DNA from: Eubacteriales bacterium
Lineage (GTDB): Bacteria; Bacillota; Clostridia; Oscillospirales; CAG-272
NCBI GenBank assembly: GCA_045539995.1
Contig: JAZQGJ010000070.1
Span: 293 to 64,292 of the forward strand
DNA: 64,000 nucleotides
Direction of reading: 5' to 3'
How positions within the stretch are numbered: position 1 is the first letter of the stretch; every line of letters begins with the position of its first letter. This document shows, one piece after another, positions 25,289 to 35,465 of the stretch. The position numbers and the translations under genes were made by a program. The notes under the pieces are model-generated. The model saw only the letters and a program-made list of their open reading frames with translations. It was not told where the DNA came from and did no database searches.

Positions 25289-26805
25289 TTTTGAGAATTG
25301 AGGGCGATATAAACCGATATTATGTGCAGACTCTGTGCCTTTTGTTTTTCAAGGGCGCAAAGTTCGCGCAAGACGAGCTTCCCGGCCCAAACGTAGTAGA
25401 GGCAGACGTTTCGGTATATACAGGCGAGGATAATTGCGTTTATTCACACGCAAGGTTTCATCTTGGCGATAAAATTGCGGAGGGGGACGGCGCCGCCGAC
25501 CCCTCGCTTGTAGTAAACTGCACGCCTATGCGCTTAAATAAGCTTGCGGTAGGAAGAGCTGTATTTGAGGCGGGAAAGAAGCTTTCGTCCTGCATTGCTC
25601 CATGGGGAATACTTACGGGCGTCAGACCGTCCAAGGTGGCAAGAGAGTTTCTCTTAAGTGGAAACGGAGTACGCAGTACAAGACAGATTTTGCGCGATGA
25701 ATATTTTGTCAATCCCAAAAAGGCGGCGCTTGCCGTTTCTGTCGCCGCAACAGAGCTTAAGCTGACGAGAAAATTGCCACAAAACTTGTGCAGCGTCTAT
25801 ATTTCTATTCCTTTTTGCCCCACAAGATGCGCTTATTGCTCGTTCGTTTCCTATACATCGAGCCGACTTCTTTCACTCGTAGACGATTATTTAAATATGC
25901 TGTATCTTGATATAGATAATATTTTTTCAATAATACGTCAGCTCGGTCTTGAGGTTGCAACGGTCTATATAGGTGGTGGAACGCCTACCGTGCTTTCACC
26001 CGTCCAGCTTGAGAGCTTAATGAAAAAAATAAGCGAAAACGTGGATACAAGCGCGCTTATGGAATATACAGTGGAGGCAGGACGCCCCGACACCATAACC
26101 GAAGAAAAATTGAAAATAATCAAAAATTACGGCGCGAGCAGAATAAGTGTAAACACACAGACCTTGAATGACGATATTTTAAAAGCGATAGGCAGAAGAC
26201 ATACGGTGTCCGACTTTTATTCTGCGTATGAGTTGGCAAGAAAGGTGGATATAGGAGATATAAACGTCGATTTGATTGCAGGCTTACCGAGCGATAATTT
26301 CACGAGCTTTTCAAATTCGATAGACAGTATAATATCTCTTGCCCCCGAAAATTTGACGGTGCATACATTTTCCGTAAAAAATTCGGCAGAATTAAAAAAG
26401 AACGAAGAAATATACGATATTTCAGAGGACACAGCTTCAAAGTGCGTTGAATATTCACAGATAAAGACAAAGCTTTCAGGATATAAGCCCTATTATATGT
26501 ATAGGCAGAAAAATACCGTAGGCAACCTTGAGAACGTGGGATACTGCCTTGACGGAAAAGCGGGAATGTATAACATCTTTATGATGGAAGAGCTGCACAG
26601 CGTTTTTTCAGTCGGCGCGGGCGCGGTAACAAAGCTGGTCGATTTTAAGCTGCCCACAGAGGGCAACTCGAAAATCAGAAGAATATTTACCCCTAAATAT
26701 CCATATGAATATTTAAGGGATGCCGAAAAAATCCGTTTGGGAGACAAGAAGGGCGGCATTCCGTCGCTTTTTGAAAGAATTGCGGAATTTTATTTGAAAG
26801 GATAA
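25285..26805 (+). CDS. hemZ: radical SAM coproporphyrinogen-dehydrogenase-like protein (HemZ type)
   Basis: 506 aa. CPTRCAYCSF radical-SAM cluster motif, HemN-like core and a long N-terminal extension. ATGA overlap with dtd. Confidence 0.78.
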   Translation: MILRIEGDINRYYVQTLCLLFFKGAKFAQDELPGPNVVEADVSVYTGEDNCVYSHARFHLGDKIAEGDGAADPSLVVNCTPMRLNKLAVGRAVFEAGKKLSSCIAPWGILTGVRPSKVAREFLLSGNGVRSTRQILRDEYFVNPKKAALAVSVAATELKLTRKLPQNLCSVYISIPFCPTRCAYCSFVSYTSSRLLSLVDDYLNMLYLDIDNIFSIIRQLGLEVATVYIGGGTPTVLSPVQLESLMKKISENVDTSALMEYTVEAGRPDTITEEKLKIIKNYGASRISVNTQTLNDDILKAIGRRHTVSDFYSAYELARKVDIGDINVDLIAGLPSDNFTSFSNSIDSIISLAPENLTVHTFSVKNSAELKKNEEIYDISEDTASKCVEYSQIKTKLSGYKPYYMYRQKNTVGNLENVGYCLDGKAGMYNIFMMEELHSVFSVGAGAVTKLVDFKLPTEGNSKIRRIFTPKYPYEYLRDAEKIRLGDKKGGIPSLFERIAEFYLKG

Positions 26806-26810
26806 TTTTT

Positions 26811-27719
26811 ATGCTTAATGCAAGAACTTCTTTCTGCGGAGAAGAGGACAAAAAATCCTACGTTACGGAATGTGAAAAGAGATTTGAGCATTCGCTCGAT
26901 ATTACTGTGGAGAAAATCATATCCTCCGAGAACAACCGTATTATTACACTCTCTGGTCCGTCCTGCTCAGGAAAAACTACCACGGCGAATAAGATTGTAT
27001 CCGAATTTGAAGAAAGAGGAAAAAGAGTTCACGTAATTTCAATAGACGATTTTTATTATGACAGAGCGTATCTGGTAAAGCAGGCTGAAAAGGAAGGTAA
27101 GAGTCTGGATTTTGATTCGGCGGCTACCATTGACCTATCAGAGCTTGAGAGGACTATCGAGTCTATTTTTTGCAGTGATACGGTTAAAATCCCCGTATTT
27201 GATTTCAAAGAGGGAAAAAGAACAAGCGAGAGGGAATTTATTCTTGACGACAAGGATATTTTCGTTTTCGAGGGTATACAGGCTGTCTATCCTGAGGTTA
27301 CTCGTCTTTTTAAGGCGCATCCCTATATAAGCGTCTTTGCTTACGTCTGCGAGGATCTTAAGGTCGGAGAGCATATATTCGAGAAAAACACCGTAAGGTT
27401 TTTCAGGCGTCTTGTAAGAGACTATAATTTCAGAAACGCAGCGCCCGAATTCACCTTCAAAATATGGGAAAGCGTAAGGAAAAACGAAGAACACTGTATT
27501 CTTCCGTATAAGGATGATTGCGAGTTCCTTTTAGATTCCCTTATGCCGTATGAAATAAATATGCTAAAGCCCTATCTTGTACCGCTTCTTTCGGAGATAA
27601 GGGAAGACTCCGTTCATTTTGGTTATGCGTCTGAAATGCTGATGCTTCTTCGAGACGTTGAGGAAATTTCAAAGGAATACATTCCGTCAAACTCGGTATA
27701 CAGAGAATTTCTCGGATAA
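26811..27719 (+). CDS. P-loop nucleoside/uridine-kinase family protein
   Basis: 302 aa. P-loop SGPSCSGKTTTANK and a PRK/uridine-kinase-like fold. The specific substrate cannot be assigned. Confidence 0.65.
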   Translation: MLNARTSFCGEEDKKSYVTECEKRFEHSLDITVEKIISSENNRIITLSGPSCSGKTTTANKIVSEFEERGKRVHVISIDDFYYDRAYLVKQAEKEGKSLDFDSAATIDLSELERTIESIFCSDTVKIPVFDFKEGKRTSEREFILDDKDIFVFEGIQAVYPEVTRLFKAHPYISVFAYVCEDLKVGEHIFEKNTVRFFRRLVRDYNFRNAAPEFTFKIWESVRKNEEHCILPYKDDCEFLLDSLMPYEINMLKPYLVPLLSEIREDSVHFGYASEMLMLLRDVEEISKEYIPSNSVYREFLG

Positions 27720-27766
27720 TACTTAAATACGGAAAAGAAAAATCTAATTTATCCGAAAGGGGTATT

Positions 27767-29416
27767 ATGAAGCAAAACGGTTTCCCGTCTATAAAGGAAA
27801 AAACAGAAAGAAAGCTATTGCTTTCGGGAGTGTTGGTGCTCGCGCTTGCGAACATTCTGGGAAAAATATTTGGATTTTTATATAAAGTACCTCTCAATTC
27901 TATTTTAGGAGACGAGATGGCGAACGTCAATTCGGCATACGCCGTATATACCACGTTATATATGATTTCTACTGCCGGTATTCCCGTTGCCGTTTCCGTT
28001 CTTATTTCCGAGAGCCGCGCGCGCGGGGGCAAGACGAGGGTTATGGGAATATATAACGTTTCAATGACCGCCTTGTCTATAATAGGGCTGATAGGCACTC
28101 TGATAATGATATTTACGGCAGGTCCTGTTTCACGCAGTAATTCTGACGGAGATTCCTTTCTTTGTCTTTGCGCGATAGCGCCTGCCTTGCTTTTTATCGC
28201 TATATCAAGCGTTTACAGAGGATATTTTCAGGGCTTCGGTATAATGACGCCTACGGCTGTCTCTCAAATAATTGAATCCTTTGGAAAGATGATTTTCGGC
28301 TTCGGCGCGGCATACGTGTCAATGACCGTGTACGGTAAGGACGCTTCCACGGCGGCGGTTTTTTCTATAGTCGGCGTAACTGTCGGTATAGCTATAGGAA
28401 GCCTTTATCTTTTCTCTGCCAAAATATATTATGATAAAAAAGGTCTGCTTTCCTTTTCGCCTGTTCGTGATACGGAGGGCGAGGAGGACTTATCCTCGAA
28501 AGCGCTTCTTTATAAAATTATCGCAATCGCCTTGCCCATTGCCTTGACGTCGGCGGTTTTGAGCCTCGCCTCTCTTATTGATGCTCAGCTTATGCGACCA
28601 CTGCTTACCGATTTTTACGGCGATGCGGAATATGCAAAGGCGTTATATTCCGACTATTCTACGGGCGCTGTAACAATGTTCAATATGCCGATAATTTTGA
28701 TTTCACCTATCGCTTGTACGATAGTTCCTTTTATTTCCTCCGCAATGGCGAAGGGTAAAAGGGAGGAGGCAAATAAGCTTATGAGCTCTGCCTTGCGAAT
28801 GACGTCAATAATCGCTGCCCCGTGCGCGCTTGGGCTTTCAGCGCTTGCGTCACCTATTTTGGCGCTTGTCTTCAAGGGGGACTCGGATATGGCGCTTCAC
28901 TCAGGCAAGCTGCTTTCCTTACTTGCCTTGTCGGTGTTTTTCGTCGGTATGCTTTCATTTACGAATGCCGTTCTGCAAGCGAATCATTTAGAGAAAAAGC
29001 CTATAATTTCAATGCTCTTCGGGATTGCTGTCAAGCTCTCTTCGTCTTATTTCTTTATCGGCAAATTCGGAGAGATAGGCGCTCCCATCAGCACCTTTAT
29101 GTTCTATTTGACCGTAGTTATATTCAATTTTATATTTGTCGTAAAGGATATAGGCATAAGACCTGATATTACTAACGCCTTTTTAAGACCCTTTATCGCG
29201 TCACTGCTTTGCGCCGCTTCAGCGCTTGGAGTTTATAAGCTGCTTTTTGAGAGAGCAGGACTCGCTTTGTCTGTTGTGGCAGCAATTATTTTTGCTATCA
29301 TCGTCTATTTTGTGGCAGTATTCGTCCTTAAATGTATAAAAGAGGATGACGTAATACTGCTTCCACACGGTGATACCGTAGTAAAAATTTTGAAAAAAGC
29401 AAGACTTATAAGATGA
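27767..29416 (+). CDS. MOP-superfamily flippase (YabM/SpoVB/MurJ-like polysaccharide biosynthesis protein)
   Basis: 549 aa with about 14 TM helices. Its position upstream of mazG-hup-yabO-yabP-yabQ-divIC matches Bacillus yabM. Confidence 0.8.
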   Translation: MKQNGFPSIKEKTERKLLLSGVLVLALANILGKIFGFLYKVPLNSILGDEMANVNSAYAVYTTLYMISTAGIPVAVSVLISESRARGGKTRVMGIYNVSMTALSIIGLIGTLIMIFTAGPVSRSNSDGDSFLCLCAIAPALLFIAISSVYRGYFQGFGIMTPTAVSQIIESFGKMIFGFGAAYVSMTVYGKDASTAAVFSIVGVTVGIAIGSLYLFSAKIYYDKKGLLSFSPVRDTEGEEDLSSKALLYKIIAIALPIALTSAVLSLASLIDAQLMRPLLTDFYGDAEYAKALYSDYSTGAVTMFNMPIILISPIACTIVPFISSAMAKGKREEANKLMSSALRMTSIIAAPCALGLSALASPILALVFKGDSDMALHSGKLLSLLALSVFFVGMLSFTNAVLQANHLEKKPIISMLFGIAVKLSSSYFFIGKFGEIGAPISTFMFYLTVVIFNFIFVVKDIGIRPDITNAFLRPFIASLLCAASALGVYKLLFERAGLALSVVAAIIFAIIVYFVAVFVLKCIKEDDVILLPHGDTVVKILKKARLIR

Positions 29417-29435
29417 TTTTTTTGAGGAAGTTAAA

Positions 29436-30143
29436 ATGAATGAGCGCATAGAAAGAATAAAAAAGCTTGAAAAATATACGCTTTCCGACCTTTGTGAGAT
29501 TGTGGCAATTCTGCGCGATGAAAGGGACGGATGCCCTTGGGACAAAAAGCAGACTCACCAGACCTTAAAAGGCAATTTCATAGAAGAAACCTATGAGGTC
29601 GTAGAGGCCATTAACAAGAATGACGCCCCTCTTTTATGCGAGGAGCTTGGCGACGTGCTTTTACAGGTAGCCTTTCATTGCCGTATGGAGGAGGAGAAAA
29701 ATTCCTTCTCGATAGACGACGTTCTGAATTTCGTATGTAAAAAAATGATATATCGCCATCCTCACATTTTCTCGGATTTTGACGGAGATATAGGCGAGAA
29801 CTGGGAAAAATTGAAAAACGCCGAAAAAAACAGAAAAAGCAAGGCCGATATTCTTTCATCGGTACCAAGGGAATTACCCGCCCTGATGCGCGCTCAAAAA
29901 ATCTGGCGCAAGTCAGAAGCCGAGCTCTCATATTTTTTCGGCTCGGAAAATCACTTTTTGCCGTCTCTTTTTGAAGACGAAAGCGAGTTGAGCGTTGAGG
30001 AAAAGGAAAGGATAGCAGGCGAATATATTTTCAAAATGTGCGCCATTTTTGCCGAAAACGGTGTAAACGCAGAACAAGCGCTCACATACGCGACGGATGC
30101 TTTTGCACAAAAGTGTATAAAAAAAGATGTAAAAGATTGTTAA
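29436..30143 (+). CDS. mazG: MazG-family nucleoside triphosphate pyrophosphohydrolase
   Basis: 235 aa. EETYEVVEAI and ELGDVLLQV are MazG motifs. Confidence 0.85.
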   Translation: MNERIERIKKLEKYTLSDLCEIVAILRDERDGCPWDKKQTHQTLKGNFIEETYEVVEAINKNDAPLLCEELGDVLLQVAFHCRMEEEKNSFSIDDVLNFVCKKMIYRHPHIFSDFDGDIGENWEKLKNAEKNRKSKADILSSVPRELPALMRAQKIWRKSEAELSYFFGSENHFLPSLFEDESELSVEEKERIAGEYIFKMCAIFAENGVNAEQALTYATDAFAQKCIKKDVKDC

Positions 30144-30308
30144 AGCGCAGACAAAAAACCATTTTTTACCTATAAAAATGCAAATTTATGGGTAAATTAG
30201 CCAAAAAAACAAAAAAAAGTTAATATATTTCATAAAAACTATTGAAAAAGTATAAAAACAGTGTTATAATTAATATGTAAAATTTTTAAAAAGGAAAGGT
30301 GTAAAAAA

Positions 30309-30584
30309 ATGAACAAAACACAATTGATCGACGTAGTTGCAAAAGAGGCAAATTTGAAGAAGAAGGAAGCAGAGGCTGCTGTTAACGCAACACTCGCAGC
30401 AGTTGCTAACGCGCTTGCAGACGGTGATAAGGTTCAGCTTATCGGTTTCGGTACATTTGAAGTAAAGCAGAGAGCAGCAAGAGAAGGACACAACCCCTTC
30501 ACAGGCGAGAAGATCAAAATCGCTGCTTCCAAGCACGTTTCGTTCTCAGCAAGCAAGGCGCTTAAGGACAATCTCAACAAATAA
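30309..30584 (+). CDS. hup: DNA-binding protein HU
   Basis: 91 aa. MNKTQLID.., [22 protein letters not shown]. Preceded by TTGAAA-17-TGtTATAAT. Confidence 0.96.
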   Translation: MNKTQLIDVVAKEANLKKKEAEAAVNATLAAVANALADGDKVQLIGFGTFEVKQRAAREGHNPFTGEKIKIAASKHVSFSASKALKDNLNK

Positions 30585-30826
30585 TGCGTTTAGACAAATA
30601 TCTCAAGGTATCCCGAATTATTAAACGGCGTACGGTGGCGAATGATGCGTGCGACGCATCCCACGTCACAGTTAACGGAAAGCCAGCCAAGGCGTCATAC
30701 GATGTCAAGGAAAATGATATTATCGAGGTTAGCTTTGGCTCGCGTTCCATTAAAGTTCGTGTGCTGACTATTAAAGAAAGCACGAAAAAAGCGGATGCCG
30801 GGGAGATGTATGAGGTCATCTCTTGA
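30584..30826 (+). CDS. S4-domain RNA-binding protein (YabO-like)
   Basis: 80 aa. [17 protein letters not shown] is an S4 motif. TAATG overlap with hup. Confidence 0.85.
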   Translation: MRLDKYLKVSRIIKRRTVANDACDASHVTVNGKPAKASYDVKENDIIEVSFGSRSIKVRVLTIKESTKKADAGEMYEVIS

Positions 30827-30907
30827 CAGTTTAATATCCAAAGTAATATATGCAGAGCAATCTGCATATATTTTTTTTACGGCAAGAAATAATGCTTGGA
30901 GGGTATT

Positions 30908-31192
30908 ATGGATAACAATTTGCAAAACGAGAGCAAAAAGCACAACGTTATTTTGAATAACGGACGAGAGCTTTTCATCGAAGGTGTTAACGAGGTGTTG
31001 AATTTCGACGAGACGCTTATTTCGCTTATTACTCCGCTTGGGGAATTAAGCATTGAGGGAAATGAATTGCGTATTACAAAATATATTATGCAAAGCGGGG
31101 AAATGTGCGTTCTGGGCAAAATAAGTGCGCTCATATATTCAGAAATGAAAACCGAAAGCAAAAAGAGGCTTTTCGGTAAGTTTTCGAGGTAA
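30908..31192 (+). CDS. yabP: sporulation protein YabP
   Basis: HNVILNNGRELFIEGVNEVLNFDE..GELSIEGNELRI is the YabP pattern. ATG 30908 follows GGAGGG. The track start at 30896 is a TTG that overlaps the RBS. Confidence 0.8.
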   Translation: MDNNLQNESKKHNVILNNGRELFIEGVNEVLNFDETLISLITPLGELSIEGNELRITKYIMQSGEMCVLGKISALIYSEMKTESKKRLFGKFSR

Positions 31193-31197
31193 TATTT

Positions 31198-31836
31198 ATG
31201 TACGTTTCAATGTCCGAGCATTCTTTAATGCTTTTGTACTCCGTACTGCTCGGCTTCTTTCTTGGCGCTTCGTATGATATTATAAGGCTGAGTCGCATAG
31301 CAGTCGGTATGAAATACGGGGCAGCGAATGCAGGGAAATACGATTATAGCCAATATGCGCTGATAGGACGCTTTTTTTATTCCAAAGCAAAAAAGAAAGA
31401 GAGAAAAAAGGGCTTATTTATTTCCCTGTTTGTATTTTTCGGCGACGTTTTATTTTGTCTGTTTTGCTCCGTTTCGGTAGCCATATTTATATATTACTTC
31501 AATAGCGGAGAATTCAGAGCCTTTGTTCTCGTCGGCGCATTCGTCGGTTTTCTTATATATTATTTCACTTTAGGAAAAATAGTTATATATTTGTCCGAAA
31601 AGATCATTTTCACTATAAAGCTGCTCTTGCTCTACGTCGCTTTCTTTATTTTGTATCCCATTTACTATCTTTTTTCAAAAATAAAGCGTATATTTTGGAT
31701 AATTATTCAAAAAAACGTCTTGATTATCAGAAAAACATATGATATAATGTATGTAAAGCGTTATACGAAAAGATGTAAAAGAGATGCTCTGTATCAGGCG
31801 TCCTTTGGATTTCTTAAGGATTACGTGAAAAAGTAA
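31198..31836 (+). CDS. yabQ: spore cortex biosynthesis protein YabQ-like membrane protein
   Basis: 212 aa. TM helices, GFFLGASYDIIRL motif, conserved position after yabP. Confidence 0.7.
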   Translation: MYVSMSEHSLMLLYSVLLGFFLGASYDIIRLSRIAVGMKYGAANAGKYDYSQYALIGRFFYSKAKKKERKKGLFISLFVFFGDVLFCLFCSVSVAIFIYYFNSGEFRAFVLVGAFVGFLIYYFTLGKIVIYLSEKIIFTIKLLLLYVAFFILYPIYYLFSKIKRIFWIIIQKNVLIIRKTYDIMYVKRYTKRCKRDALYQASFGFLKDYVKK

Positions 31837-31848
31837 AGGGAGGTATAT

Positions 31849-32130
31849 ATGAAAAACAGAAGGTACGGAAATTTGTCACTTAAAATTGCCGTCGCCGCTT
31901 TCGTGGTTTTTGCCTTCCTTGCAGTCGCAGCTATGCAGATGAAGTTTAACGATGTCAAGGATAAGCACGATGAGCTGAAGCAGGAAATAGCGCTCTTGGA
32001 GGAATCGGTAAACGATTTGAAAAATCAGCTCGCTTTGCCATTCGATGATGAATACGTCGAGCAGGTGGCGAGAGAAAAGCTCGGGCTCTGTTATCCCGAC
32101 GAGGTTATAATAGAAAGTAATTTGAATTAA
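31849..32130 (+). CDS. divIC: septum formation initiator (FtsB/DivIC family)
   Basis: 93 aa. One TM helix plus a coiled coil (ELKQEIALLEESVNDLKNQL), conserved position. Confidence 0.8.
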   Translation: MKNRRYGNLSLKIAVAAFVVFAFLAVAAMQMKFNDVKDKHDELKQEIALLEESVNDLKNQLALPFDDEYVEQVAREKLGLCYPDEVIIESNLN

Positions 32131-32260
32131 ACACCGCATTTTGTGGAGGGATACCGCATATGCGGTTTTTTTTATTCATTTTTTCCATTTGAAGCTTTTT
32201 TGGGTATGAAAAAACCTTTTAGAGATTATAATAAAACATAAAGCAAATATAGGAGAAATT

Positions 32261-34147
32261 ATGAAAAACGAAAAAACCGATCTCGCCCAATACCTTTTTC
32301 ACGAGGGCACAAATTGCAGAAGCTACGAATATCTCGGCTGCCATTTAGAAGAGCAGACCGATAAAGGATATAAATACGTTTTTCGCACGTGGGCGCCCAA
32401 TGCGCGTCACGTCGCACTGGTGGGAGATTATTTCGGCTGGGAGGACGGACTTTCCCTTGAAAGGACTTCAGAAAAGGGCGTGTGGGAATTATACGTAAAT
32501 GCAGAAGCCTCGCTTCATAATACACGCTATAAATTTAAAATATGGACAGATTTTACTTACACCTATAAGGGAGACCCGTACGCCTTTTATTCAGAGGGGG
32601 GAGAGCGTGGCGCGTCAATTGTCTGGGACGACACCAATTTCGACTGGAAGGACGGGGCGTGGCTCAGATCGCGCAGAGAAAATATAAACAGAGACGGACA
32701 TTATCTATCTGCGCCCATAAATATCTACGAGCTTCATTTCGGCTCTTTTGCGAGGCGTATGGACGGTGGATACTATTCCTACACCGAGATGGCTGAAATC
32801 CTTATTCCGTACGTAAAATATATGGGATATACGCACGTCGAGCTTATGCCTATCGCAGAGCATCCCTTTGACGGCTCTTGGGGGTATCAGATATGCTCAT
32901 ATTACGCGCCCAGCTCGCGCTTCGGAAATCCCGATGATTTCCGTTCCTTCGTCTCGCTTATGCACAGGGCGGGAATAGGAGTTATACTCGATTGGGTTCC
33001 CGCGCATTTCCCGAAGGACGAGTGGGGACTCTACGAATTTGATGGCAGACCACTCTATGAATATCAGGGCTTTGACCGAATGGAATCTAAATCCTGGGGA
33101 ACACGCTTTTTTGACTTGGGCAGAGAAGAGGTGCAGAGCTTCCTTATATCAAACGCTGTATATTGGTTTTCTGAATTTCATATAGACGGCTTACGCGTAG
33201 ACGCCGTCGCTTCAATGCTATACCTCGACTATGACAGAATGCCGTGGGAGTGGATACCCAACGTTTACGGCGGAAAGGAAAACCTTGAAGCCGTCGCCTT
33301 CCTTCAAAAATTAAACAGTAAGGTTTTTGAGATTTTTCCCGACGTTCTTATGATAGCCGAGGAATCTACGGCGTGGCGCGCCGTTACCCGTCCCGTCTCT
33401 GACGGCGGGCTTGGATTTAATCTCAAGTGGAATATGGGATGGGCTAATGATTTTTTTCATTACATTTCGCTTGATCCCATATACAGAAAATATCATCATA
33501 GCGCGCTTAACTTCCCGATAATGTACGCCTTCTCCGAAAATTACGTTCTGCCTGTTTCTCACGACGAGGTGGTTTACGGCAAGGGCTCTTTCATAGGAAA
33601 ATTTTTCGGCAGCTATGAAGAAAAATTCAAGCAATTCAGAGCAGCGCTCGTTTTTATGATGACCTTCCCCGGCAAAAAAATGACCTTTATGGGTACTGAA
33701 TTCGCTCAGTTTTCAGAATGGAATTACAGACAAAGCCTTGAGTGGTTTATGCTCGATTTTGACGCGCATTACAGCGCGAGAGAATTTGTGGCGTCTCTTA
33801 ATCGTTTTTACCTGTATTCGCGCGCATTGTGGGAGCTTGATTTTGAAAGCGAGGGCTTTGAGTGGATATTCCCCGATGAAAACGAGGGCAATTTTTTAGC
33901 CTACAGGCGCTATTCCGCGTCGGGAGAGGAGCTTATATGTCTTATAAGCTTTTCAGGGTCAGACAACAAAAATATAAGAATAAGGGCAAACGAGGAATAC
34001 GTCTATCGGTATGCCTTTGAGACGGAAAACGTCCCTCGCGAAGAAATGGGCTTTTTAAAGGTTGTGTCGGATGAATACGGCGCGTATATAGAAACCGACC
34101 TGCCCTCAATGTCGGCTATAGTTATAAGACGGGAAGAAAAAATATAA
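32261..34147 (+). CDS. glgB: 1,4-alpha-glucan branching enzyme
   Basis: 628 aa. GH13 catalytic motifs (DWVPAHF, GLRVDAVASM, IAEESTAW) and an N-terminal CBM48-like region. Confidence 0.95.
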   Translation: MKNEKTDLAQYLFHEGTNCRSYEYLGCHLEEQTDKGYKYVFRTWAPNARHVALVGDYFGWEDGLSLERTSEKGVWELYVNAEASLHNTRYKFKIWTDFTYTYKGDPYAFYSEGGERGASIVWDDTNFDWKDGAWLRSRRENINRDGHYLSAPINIYELHFGSFARRMDGGYYSYTEMAEILIPYVKYMGYTHVELMPIAEHPFDGSWGYQICSYYAPSSRFGNPDDFRSFVSLMHRAGIGVILDWVPAHFPKDEWGLYEFDGRPLYEYQGFDRMESKSWGTRFFDLGREEVQSFLISNAVYWFSEFHIDGLRVDAVASMLYLDYDRMPWEWIPNVYGGKENLEAVAFLQKLNSKVFEIFPDVLMIAEESTAWRAVTRPVSDGGLGFNLKWNMGWANDFFHYISLDPIYRKYHHSALNFPIMYAFSENYVLPVSHDEVVYGKGSFIGKFFGSYEEKFKQFRAALVFMMTFPGKKMTFMGTEFAQFSEWNYRQSLEWFMLDFDAHYSAREFVASLNRFYLYSRALWELDFESEGFEWIFPDENEGNFLAYRRYSASGEELICLISFSGSDNKNIRIRANEEYVYRYAFETENVPREEMGFLKVVSDEYGAYIETDLPSMSAIVIRREEKI

Positions 34148-34215
34148 AAGGATGAAAGGCATTATTCTTTCGTTTTTTTCATATATTTGTTTAGAATATA
34201 TATGATGGAGGAAAT

Positions 34216-35361
34216 ATGCTTTACTATAAAAAAGAAATAATAGCAATGCTGCTTGCAGGCGGACAGGGAAGCCGTTTATATGACCTTACTAAGCAGACAG
34301 CCAAGCCTGCGGTGAGCTTCGGCGGCAAATACAAAATAATCGACTTTCCTCTTTCCAACTGCATAAATTCGGGCATCGACACAGTCGGTGTGCTGACACA
34401 GTATCAGCCGCTTGCCTTGAATGAGTACGTGGGAAACGGCGCCCCTTGGGATCTTGACCGTTCGCGCGGCGGCTTGACCGTTCTTCCGCCATATCAGGGA
34501 AACGCTCATTCCGACTGGTATAAGGGAACGGCAAACGCCATATATCAGAATACAAATTTTATAAAGAAATACAATCCCGAATACGTTTTGATCCTTTCGG
34601 GCGACCATATTTATAAAATGAATTATGCGGATATGCTGTCTTCTCATAAGAGAAATGAGGCAGTCTGCACCGTCGCCACCGTGACAGTGCCTATAGAGGA
34701 GGCGAGCCGCTTCGGTATTTGTAACACCAATCCCGACGGAAGCATATATGAATTTGAGGAGAAACCGAAAAAACCGAAAAGTAATCAGGCTTCTATGGGA
34801 ATTTACATATTCAATACAAAAACCTTGATTGAATATTTGGAAAGGGATGAGGAGGACGTAAGCTCGGCAAACGATTTCGGTAAAAACATTATTCCTGCTC
34901 TGCTTAAAAATAAAGAGAGCATTTTTGCATATAGGTTTAAAGGATACTGGAAGGACGTCGGGACAATAAGGAGCTTGTGGGAGGCAAATATGGATCTGCT
35001 CAATGAGAGCAATCTTTTGAATTTTTCCGACAAGGATTTCAGAATTTATTCGAGAAATATGGCTCGCCCTCCGCTTTTTATCGGAAATAACGCCAAAATA
35101 GTAAATTCACTTATATCGGACGGCACACGGATAAACGGAAGCGTTTATAATTCCGTGCTTTCGGGGGGAGTGATGGTAGAGGATGGCGCAGAGGTATATA
35201 ATTCGGTAATTATGTCGGACGTCACGATAAAAAAAGGCGCGCGCGTCTATTACGCGGTTATAGACAGCGATTCTTATATCGGAGACAATTGCGTTATAGG
35301 TGAAAAAAACGCCGACAAAAATAATATAGTCGTTGTCGCAAGGGACAGTAATATAAAATAA
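34216..35361 (+). CDS. glgC: glucose-1-phosphate adenylyltransferase
   Basis: 381 aa. LAGGQGSRL.., [10 protein letters not shown]-terminal left-handed beta-helix repeats. Confidence 0.94.
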   Translation: MLYYKKEIIAMLLAGGQGSRLYDLTKQTAKPAVSFGGKYKIIDFPLSNCINSGIDTVGVLTQYQPLALNEYVGNGAPWDLDRSRGGLTVLPPYQGNAHSDWYKGTANAIYQNTNFIKKYNPEYVLILSGDHIYKMNYADMLSSHKRNEAVCTVATVTVPIEEASRFGICNTNPDGSIYEFEEKPKKPKSNQASMGIYIFNTKTLIEYLERDEEDVSSANDFGKNIIPALLKNKESIFAYRFKGYWKDVGTIRSLWEANMDLLNESNLLNFSDKDFRIYSRNMARPPLFIGNNAKIVNSLISDGTRINGSVYNSVLSGGVMVEDGAEVYNSVIMSDVTIKKGARVYYAVIDSDSYIGDNCVIGEKNADKNNIVVVARDSNIK

Positions 35362-35465
35362 AATGTTATGTGAATATTTCGGCGATATTAATATCGCCTT
35401 ATATTCATAGAAAAAACTCAGGACAAGCCAAGATAATATTTTAGTTTAATTTTAGGAGAGCATTT